This document shows positions 6,474-12,212 of a stretch of 12,212 nucleotides of DNA, in pieces (position 1 is the first letter of the stretch; each line of letters begins with the position of its first letter). Where the stretch lies: assembly GCA_039815185.1 (NCBI GenBank), contig JBCBZT010000103.1:1-12212 (forward strand), written 5' to 3'. The position numbers and the translations under genes are program-made. This DNA is from Cyanobacteria bacterium P01_A01_bin.123. Its GTDB lineage: Bacteria > Cyanobacteriota > Cyanobacteriia > Phormidesmidales > Phormidesmidaceae. The notes under the pieces were generated by a model, which did not search any database, was not told where the DNA came from, and was given only the letters and a program-made list of their open reading frames with translations.

Positions 6474-8948
6474 TCAAAACTCCCAGCTGAGAGATCCTGA
6501 AATGGTAAAAGGTTCACCTCTTTCGATATATACCGGACTACTGGAAAAGCTAGCATAGTCGATATCAAACAAATTTCGCACATTGATTGCTGCTTTAAGC
6601 CTGTCTCGTCGGTAGTAAAGGGCTGCATCAGTGCGGAGATAGTCATCTAACTCAAAGGAGTTATCTAGGTCGCCTTGACGCTCACCCACATAAAACAGTC
6701 CTAGACCAAATCCCAAACCGGCAAAGTCGCCCTCTTGAATTTCATAGGTCGTCCATAAACTTGCCTGATTAAAGGGAATATTCGCTAATTGATTCCCTAC
6801 AGGAGTAGAGTTGTCCTCAGTGACTTCAGCATCGGTGTAGGCATAGGATGCAATTATGTTCCATCCAGGCAGAATCTCACCAGAAACATCCAGCTCAATG
6901 CCCTGACTCCGCTGCTCGCCAGTCTGAACAGAGAAAAATGGATTATTTGGATCAGGAGTAGTCACATTCGTTTTTGTCAGATGATAGGCGGCTAAGGTGG
7001 CCGATAGCCGTCTATCTAAGAGGTCTGTTTTAACGCCTACTTCATACTGAGTACCCCTTGTTGGCTCAAATATCTCATCTGGACTAAACGATGTAGTTTG
7101 TAAAAATGAGCGACTATAACTACCGTAGAGAGAAACGGTATCGCTAGGCTGGTAGACTATGCCAATGCGTGGACTAAACGCACTATCATTGGCCTCTGGC
7201 GTATCAACATCATCTCCCAGAACTTCAAATTGGTTGGATACCCAGTCAAATCGACCGCCGATCAACATTTTCCACTGGTCGCTAAATTCGATCTGATCTT
7301 GCAAATAAACACCAAGGGACTCGGTCGGCCATTCAAATTCAAAGCCCTGAACTAAGTCCGTGGGTCTTGCCACGTCATAATCTGGGTTCTGTGAATCCAA
7401 GAGAGGCAGTGGTGCTGGAATGTTAAGCTCACTGTATCTCTCAAAAGCATTTTCATAATCAACGCCAACTAAGAGCTGATGCGAAACTGAGCCGGTATTA
7501 AATTTCCCCAGTAGGTCGATATTACCAAAGTAAACATCGTTTGAGTTAGTGCGATCAAGATAGAAAAAATCAACAAACCGATCGTCTTGCAGAGCAATCG
7601 GGACTGCAAATCTTTCTTCTGGAACATTGAAGTTATTTCCAGAGAAGGTGGTACGTAGCTGCAAGTTGTCATCAAAGTCATGCTCTAATCTAAATCCATA
7701 TTCATGACTTACTCTTTCGAGGAAAGTAAGATCTGGATTACCCCATACATTGACGTCTCTTGGCAGAAAACTACCGTCGCTACGAACCGCCGTATGCAAA
7801 CCACCATAAAGATCGCCTGCATATCTGCTGTATTCATAGAACAGATCTAGGTCTGTTCTGTCGCCAAAGCTGAGGCTAACTGTAGGCGAAATAAATGTAT
7901 TATCACGGCCACCACCTCTGAAATAGCCATCAAAAGTACTGTATGCACCGATCAACCGGTAGAGAGCAGTCTTATCAGTATTTAAAGGGCCTGTCACATC
8001 GAAGTCAGCCTGGAAAAATCCACGATTCCCTGCCTCAAGACCCAGCTCGTAAAACGGATCACTCAATGGCTGTTTGGTAACCGCATTGATAACACCACCA
8101 GGGTCTATTGCTCCAAACAAAACAGATGCAGGACCTTTCAGAACCTCTAAGCGCTCAATGGATACAGGAGGCTCCTCTGGGATCAGCGAATAGGTATCTC
8201 CTAGACGATTGCCATTGCGTAGCTGGGACGTATCGTTTGTTGCAAAGCCTCTAAAACTTCTAAACTGTGAGTCTCCACCATCAAGAAAACCAGGAACTGT
8301 TTCTAGGGCATTGTTAACGGTGCGAACGTTACGGTCCTCAATCACCTGTCGCGGTACGACCTGAATCGACTGGGGAATATCCCGTAAGGGCGTATCTGTT
8401 CGTGTTGCTGTACTAGCATTGGATGGATTGTAGCCCTCGTCCTCTTCCCCAGTGACCACAAGTCTAAGTGGTTCATCAGTTTCACTCGCCTGGGCAATTC
8501 CTGGCACTAAGCTTAGCGTCAGTCCCGCTGCATCGGTTCCAATATCTGCTGTTGGTGCCGCATCGGAGCCTGTGATCACTACTTGCACCCGGTCACCCGA
8601 CAGTTCAGAAACTTGTACTACAGCAATTCCCTCGGCGGGCTCAAACTGCTCAAAGTCTTCCCCGGCTAGTATCGCATTTGCAATCTCAACAAGCAACGCA
8701 TCGCCAGATATGGATGTTGTTGTTGTCGATAGTTCACCATTTGCCGTTTCTAACACTACCTGCATGCCAATGTCGGTCTCTTCTAGCCGCACATTGGTAA
8801 TCTGCACCAGTGGTGTCTGGACGATCTGACTCGCATCTGTGAGAGACGATTGAGTGTCCAAGGCCGCCTCATCAAAAGCGCTGGCTGGTAATATCAATAA
8901 ACCTGACAGCATCGTCATCAACGCCAGTCGTGCAGAGCCCTGTTCCAT
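6474..8948 (-). CDS. TonB-dependent siderophore receptor with N-terminal AMIN domain (TBDT2)
   Basis: 824 aa; signal peptide ending ASA, AMIN domain, LRLVVTGE, TATRTDTPLRDIPQSIQVV, IERLEVLKGPASVLFG, C-terminal beta-strand ISGSLSWEF ending in Phe. Confidence 0.96.
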   Translation of the reverse strand: MEQGSARLALMTMLSGLLILPASAFDEAALDTQSSLTDASQIVQTPLVQITNVRLEETDIGMQVVLETANGELSTTTTSISGDALLVEIANAILAGEDFEQFEPAEGIAVVQVSELSGDRVQVVITGSDAAPTADIGTDAAGLTLSLVPGIAQASETDEPLRLVVTGEEDEGYNPSNASTATRTDTPLRDIPQSIQVVPRQVIEDRNVRTVNNALETVPGFLDGGDSQFRSFRGFATNDTSQLRNGNRLGDTYSLIPEEPPVSIERLEVLKGPASVLFGAIDPGGVINAVTKQPLSDPFYELGLEAGNRGFFQADFDVTGPLNTDKTALYRLIGAYSTFDGYFRGGGRDNTFISPTVSLSFGDRTDLDLFYEYSRYAGDLYGGLHTAVRSDGSFLPRDVNVWGNPDLTFLERVSHEYGFRLEHDFDDNLQLRTTFSGNNFNVPEERFAVPIALQDDRFVDFFYLDRTNSNDVYFGNIDLLGKFNTGSVSHQLLVGVDYENAFERYSELNIPAPLPLLDSQNPDYDVARPTDLVQGFEFEWPTESLGVYLQDQIEFSDQWKMLIGGRFDWVSNQFEVLGDDVDTPEANDSAFSPRIGIVYQPSDTVSLYGSYSRSFLQTTSFSPDEIFEPTRGTQYEVGVKTDLLDRRLSATLAAYHLTKTNVTTPDPNNPFFSVQTGEQRSQGIELDVSGEILPGWNIIASYAYTDAEVTEDNSTPVGNQLANIPFNQASLWTTYEIQEGDFAGLGFGLGLFYVGERQGDLDNSFELDDYLRTDAALYYRRDRLKAAINVRNLFDIDYASFSSSPVYIERGEPFTISGSLSWEF

Positions 8949-8954
8949 GTTAGT

Positions 8955-8963
8955 TCCTCACAC
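8955..8963 (-). promoter_or_regulatory. RBS region / putative Yfr1 pairing site (GTGTGAGGA) of TBDT2
   Basis: Leader reads GGTGTTTGTGTGAGGAACTAAC-ATG; 9 nt complementary to the Yfr1 motif ACUCCUCACAC. Confidence 0.6.
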
Positions 8964-8973
8964 AAACACCACT

Positions 8974-8992
8974 GTTGCTAATCATTCTTGAT
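8974..8992. promoter_or_regulatory. Fur box upstream of TBDT2
   Basis: GTTGCTAATCATTCTTGAT, 13/18 match; same position relative to the -10 as the other TBDT boxes. Confidence 0.65.
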
Positions 8993-9004
8993 TGCAGTGG
9001 AAGT

Positions 9005-9072
9005 AGTATAAAAAAATGAGCCGGGTACGTCTATGCAGTAAACGGACTTTTGTGATCCGAAAATGGACTTTT
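9005..9072 (-). promoter_or_regulatory. Putative TBDT2 promoter: -10 TATACT (9010-9005) plus tandem direct repeat, candidate AraC operator
   Basis: Plus strand AAACGGACTTTT (9040-9051) and AAATGGACTTTT (9061-9072), 11/12 identical, 21 bp period. Confidence 0.65.
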
Positions 9073-9073
9073 A

Positions 9074-9106
9074 TCCGTAATGCTGCTGATCTGACAGCTT
9101 TACGGA
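9074..9106. terminator. Stem-loop downstream of araC2 (possible terminator or 3' stabiliser)
   Basis: TCCGTAATGCTG-N9-CAGCTTTACGGA, 11 of 12 stem pairs, 17 nt past the araC2 stop. No U-tract on the minus strand, so not a canonical intrinsic terminator. Confidence 0.35.
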
Positions 9107-9123
9107 CGTGATAGCCTACTCCA

Positions 9124-10107
9124 TTAGCTAGAAAGCTTGCCTGAGAGACACTGCTTTGGCGTCATACCAAACTGATGCTTAAAGGCGGCGGCAAAGTGGC
9201 CTAAATGGCCATAGCCCACCGTGCGGGCTACTTCTGTGACAGTCCATTCGCCGTCATGCAGTAGCTGTTTGGCTCGTTCCATACGCTGCTGCTTTAAATA
9301 GCCGATGACCGTTGTGCCGTAGAGTTTTTTGAAGCCTCGACGCAGGGTGCGATCGCTAACCCCCACCCGCTGGGCCAACTCCAATAGCGAGGGCGGATTT
9401 TCCAGCTGTGCTATCAAAATCTCTTGGGCATAGTAAATGCGTGCAAGCGTATCGGGTCTGAGGCTAGATGCAAACGACGGCGACTCGACCGTAAGCAAAT
9501 CCAGATGCAGCGCCAGTAGCTCAAATACCTTGGCCTGCAGATACAGCTGCTTGGCCGCTCCTCGGTAAGGGGCATGCCACATTTGATGAGCGAGCGATCT
9601 CATCTGCGATGTCACTTTAGGATAAAACGACACTTTCCAAGCTTCCTGCTTAAATAGCTGCTGAATTGGTTCTTGGTGTCGCTGTTGCTCAGTTAAGAAT
9701 GTCGATTCCAGCACCTCCGGTTGAATTTCGATATTGACACAGCTAAGTAGCTGTCCTGTCCGGAAGGTTTCTGTGTAGCCTGGAGAAATTCCGCTACCGG
9801 AAAAATAACCATGGGTTCCCCCCAGAACAGGATGAATATTGCACTCCATTGTCCCTACAGGAAAAATACCGATCTGAATCGGATGGTCATGGTCGGATAC
9901 ACTTCGCCGAAAATCTTGATGGAACTGGTACTCTGAAAAGCTCAGCTCTATTCCGGGCGCAAGCGTGATGTCGCGGGCATATCCCTGCCCTAGGGCAACG
10001 GGCACCCCGCTCAAGATTTCAAACTCATCAATATGGTCGGCAACATTGGTAATTTCTGCCTGCTCACACAGCTCGTTCCAATCAGATTGATTCAGGGTGA
10101 GGGACAT
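9124..10107 (-). CDS. AraC-family transcriptional regulator, PchR/YbtA-like (araC2)
   Basis: APYRGAAKQLYLQAKVFELL motif and double HTH (PPSLLELAQRVGVSDRTLRRGFKKLYG...VTEVARTVGYGHLGHFAAAFKHQFGMTP). ATG 10107 (MSLTLN...) preferred to TTG 10125. Confidence 0.93.
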   Translation of the reverse strand: MSLTLNQSDWNELCEQAEITNVADHIDEFEILSGVPVALGQGYARDITLAPGIELSFSEYQFHQDFRRSVSDHDHPIQIGIFPVGTMECNIHPVLGGTHGYFSGSGISPGYTETFRTGQLLSCVNIEIQPEVLESTFLTEQQRHQEPIQQLFKQEAWKVSFYPKVTSQMRSLAHQMWHAPYRGAAKQLYLQAKVFELLALHLDLLTVESPSFASSLRPDTLARIYYAQEILIAQLENPPSLLELAQRVGVSDRTLRRGFKKLYGTTVIGYLKQQRMERAKQLLHDGEWTVTEVARTVGYGHLGHFAAAFKHQFGMTPKQCLSGKLSS

Positions 10108-10128
10108 GGCAAGGTTGGCAGACAATTA

Positions 10129-10162
10129 AATGAGAAATAGTTGCAATAAATTTACCATAGCA
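10129..10162 (-). promoter_or_regulatory. Fur box (10129-10147) and extended -10 (TGCTATGGT, 10162-10154) of araC2
   Basis: AATGAGAAATAGTTGCAAT, 13/18 match, 21 bp upstream of ATG 10107; TGn-TATGGT immediately upstream. Confidence 0.65.
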
Positions 10163-10460
10163 ATTTTGAGCTGGCTAGCCAGGGGGTAGCAGTTTGAGGG
10201 GAATTAAGTTGGATAGGACTATGCGCTGAGACGAAGAAAAAGAAATTCGCCAATGTCTTTTCGTTGAGATTCACTAGGTCATAGCAATCGTCTAAAACTA
10301 CCTGTTGCCGACCGGCCAGCCGAATGAGGTGATGTCGATTTTGACGAAGAAGCTCAGGGTCGATCAGATCGGGGTGAGATCGCACCTGTGCAGCTTTACC
10401 CAACCCTGTGGTTGGCAAGCGCATTGGGGCGTCTTTCTTTCCCTGCAGCAAGCACGGCAA
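10152..10460 (-). other. Unassigned 102-codon ORF, possibly spurious or a gene remnant
   Basis: Open frame with TTG start in the araC2/araC3 spacer; no recognisable motif; its stop overlaps the predicted araC2 -10. Confidence 0.2.
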
Positions 10461-10555
10461 TCGGTACTTAGTTGACTACAGTCTTGTCATGGTCTGTGTT
10501 ACTTCCAGACCGCTTGATGATCTACAGTCCAAACACTGTCTTCGCTTCTTTAAAG

Positions 10556-10574
10556 AATAGGAATAATTCTCAAT
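10556..10574. promoter_or_regulatory. Fur box upstream of araC3
   Basis: AATAGGAATAATTCTCAAT, 15/18 match with a perfect right arm. Confidence 0.75.
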
Positions 10575-10640
10575 AATTAAAAAGCTGTAGTAGCATGAAC
10601 AGCAACTGGGCCGTAGCCTGTCAGTGCCTGCTATCCTGCC

Positions 10641-11669
10641 ATGCGAATCAACGTTTCCTATAACCAATACGCCACGCTGTTAGACGAATTTCGTCAAAAT
10701 CGCTGGATTGCGACTCGCCGAGATGGCAACGCCCTACAGACTGATTGGCATTCTCCCTTTATTGCGGGGCACAATCGTTTCTTTAACCTGCGCTCCGATC
10801 TCAAAATCTATGACTGGAATCAAACATTTTTAGAACGGCTAGAACTGTTTGAACCTGGTCTAGAAAGCCATCCTGCCATTTTGATCTTTTTGCTCAAGGG
10901 CCATTTACAGGCCACCCATCGCGACTCTACCTACCATTGTGAAACCCAGGTCAAAGCAGGTCACAACCTGCTGATGCTTAATGGCTTAGGTAAGCAGGGC
11001 ACCTGGATCTGTCCCTATGGGCTTGCGAGTCAGACAGTGGAGATAATTGTAAAACCTCAAACGCTGGCGACCTACTTAGATCATGAGTCGATGGCTGCTT
11101 TGGTGAGGCTGCGACGACGGCTAAATGAAAATCTTGATCTGCCTTACTTTCATGTGGGGGCGATTACGCCTGACATGCAGATGGTGCTGCATCAATATTT
11201 GCACTGTCCCTATGACGGGGTGATGCAAACTCTATATATGGAAAGCAAGGCGGTTGAGCTGATTGTGCTAAAGCTGGCGCAGATTAAGCAAATGGCGCTG
11301 GAGGGGGAGTCTAGAAAGACCTACGGTACCAGGCGGCAACTAAACGGTCATGATAGAGAGCGGGTTTACCAGGCCCGTGAAATTTTGGTTCGTAATATGG
11401 CCGATCCGCCATCGTTGCTGCAGCTGGCGGAACAGGTGGGGATCGGTGACTATAAGCTGAAGCAGGATTTTCGAACGGCGTTTGGGATGACGGTATTTGG
11501 ATATTTGCGATCGCACCGCCTAGAACAAGCCCGCCAGCTCCTAGTCGACCGACACATGAGCGTATCCGAAGTTGCCCAGTTAGTTGGCTACAGCAGCCTG
11601 AGCAAATTTACCGCCGCCTTCAAACGGCAGTTTGGCGTCTTACCCAGCGCCTGTTTAGGCAAGCGCTGA
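10641..11669 (+). CDS. AraC-family transcriptional regulator, PchR/YbtA-like (araC3)
   Basis: 342 aa; CPYDGVMQTLYMESKAVEL motif and double HTH (PPSLLQLAEQVGIGDYKLKQDFRTAFG...VSEVAQLVGYSSLSKFTAAFKRQFGVLP). Confidence 0.94.
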   Translation: MRINVSYNQYATLLDEFRQNRWIATRRDGNALQTDWHSPFIAGHNRFFNLRSDLKIYDWNQTFLERLELFEPGLESHPAILIFLLKGHLQATHRDSTYHCETQVKAGHNLLMLNGLGKQGTWICPYGLASQTVEIIVKPQTLATYLDHESMAALVRLRRRLNENLDLPYFHVGAITPDMQMVLHQYLHCPYDGVMQTLYMESKAVELIVLKLAQIKQMALEGESRKTYGTRRQLNGHDRERVYQAREILVRNMADPPSLLQLAEQVGIGDYKLKQDFRTAFGMTVFGYLRSHRLEQARQLLVDRHMSVSEVAQLVGYSSLSKFTAAFKRQFGVLPSACLGKR

Positions 11670-11685
11670 TAGTAACCATAACCAG

Positions 11686-11752
11686 AAACGCCGTTTTGGA
11701 CTAAAAAAACGCCCGCTTGGTCATAGAAGTTTTAGAGCGAACTCAGTATTAT
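11686..11752 (+). promoter_or_regulatory. Putative TBDT3 promoter: tandem direct repeat (candidate AraC operator) plus -10 TATTAT (11747-11752)
   Basis: AAACGCCgttTTGGaC (11686-11701) and AAACGCCcgcTTGGtC (11707-11722), 21 bp period. Confidence 0.65.
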
Positions 11753-11763
11753 CCGAAGTGGTC

Positions 11764-11782
11764 ATTGAGAAGAATTCTTAAT
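11764..11782. promoter_or_regulatory. Fur box upstream of TBDT3
   Basis: ATTGAGAAGAATTCTTAAT, 16/18 match, 11 bp downstream of the -10. Confidence 0.85.
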
Positions 11783-11844
11783 AAACGTTGATGATGTAGG
11801 AGCTGTGCCTGGTGCTGGCTCTCCACAAATATTCTTCTCTGATC

Positions 11845-11853
11845 TGGTGTGAG
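11845..11853 (+). promoter_or_regulatory. Possible weaker Yfr1 pairing site (TGGTGTGAG) in TBDT3 leader
   Basis: Shares GTGTGAG with the other two TBDT leaders, 16 nt before ATG 11870. Confidence 0.4.
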
Positions 11854-11869
11854 TTCTGTAAGCAAGTTT

Positions 11870-12212
11870 ATGCAACAACATTTAATCAGTCGAGGACTAT
11901 GGGGTGCGGGGATCATCCTACTCCTGGGTGTTCAGCCCAGTTGGGCACAAGATAGCCAAGATCCAGCAATAGAAACTCCAGACGCTGAATCCGTTGAGTC
12001 AGAAGCAAGCGACACGCTACGGATTGTTGTGACCGCTGAACGTACACCAGAAGATGTCCAGGATGTCCCTATCAGCATCACTACGTTTACAGAGCAACAG
12101 ATCGAAGATGCCAATATCAATTCCTTAGATAGCATTGCCGACAGAACGCCTAATTTCACCTTTTTCTCCAGCGGTGCCAACCGCACATCGCCCTTCTACA
12201 CCGTGCGCGGGG
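11870..12212 (+). CDS. TonB-dependent receptor without AMIN domain (TBDT3), N-terminal part, truncated by window edge
   Basis: Manual translation: MQQHLISRGLWGAGIILLLGVQPSWA (signal peptide), acidic linker, TonB box DTLRIVVTAERTPEDVQDVPISITTF, plug start ...SIADRTPNFTFFSSGANRTSPFYTVRG; open to the edge. Confidence 0.9.
   Translation, partial: MQQHLISRGLWGAGIILLLGVQPSWAQDSQDPAIETPDAESVESEASDTLRIVVTAERTPEDVQDVPISITTFTEQQIEDANINSLDSIADRTPNFTFFSSGANRTSPFYTVRG

Noticed and set aside
6326..8829. Track ORFs 6326..6646, 6789..6995, 7469..7681, 8452..8829
   Set aside because: Shadows of TBDT2/fecB-like. The similarity of 8452..8829 to 1942..2301 only mirrors the paralogous AMIN domains on the opposite strand.
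10476..10667. 63-aa minus-strand ORF
   Set aside because: Runs through the araC3 start and its Fur box; no coding signal.
11645..11668. Inverted repeat CAGCGC...GCGCTG at the araC3 3' end
   Set aside because: Short stem within the coding sequence, no U-tract; not supportable as a terminator.
11932..12186. 84-aa minus-strand ORF
   Set aside because: Antisense to the clear TBDT3 N-terminus starting at 11870.
1..12212. CRISPR array, IS element, tRNA/rRNA or cobalamin riboswitch
   Set aside because: No repeat-spacer periodicity, transposase ORF, terminal inverted repeats or structured-RNA signatures seen; TBDT leaders are short and carry Fur boxes instead.

Overview
A cyanobacterial iron/xenosiderophore-uptake island. 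The host assignment rests on HIP1 octamers, AMIN-domain TonB-dependent transporters (TBDTs) and cyanobacterial-type Fur boxes. The window holds three copies of a module 'PchR/YbtA-like AraC regulator -> TBDT'. Minus strand, in transcription order: araC2 (10107-9124), TBDT2 (8948-6474), FecB-like lipoprotein (6423-5446), ABCB/MsbA-fold half transporter (5423-3624), araC1 (3525-2530), TBDT1 (2402 to beyond the left edge). Plus strand, divergent: araC3 (10641-11669) and an AMIN-less TBDT3 (11870 to beyond the right edge). The ORF track omits TBDT1 and TBDT3 because they run off the window. The most notable signal is a shared promoter/leader layout in front of all three receptors: tandem direct repeats (candidate AraC operators), a -10 box, a 19-bp Fur box 11-12 bp downstream, and a site complementary to the sRNA Yfr1. 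TBDT1 also looks chimeric, with a GC-rich AMIN module joined to an AT-rich barrel at an 11-codon deletion. All counts were made by hand.
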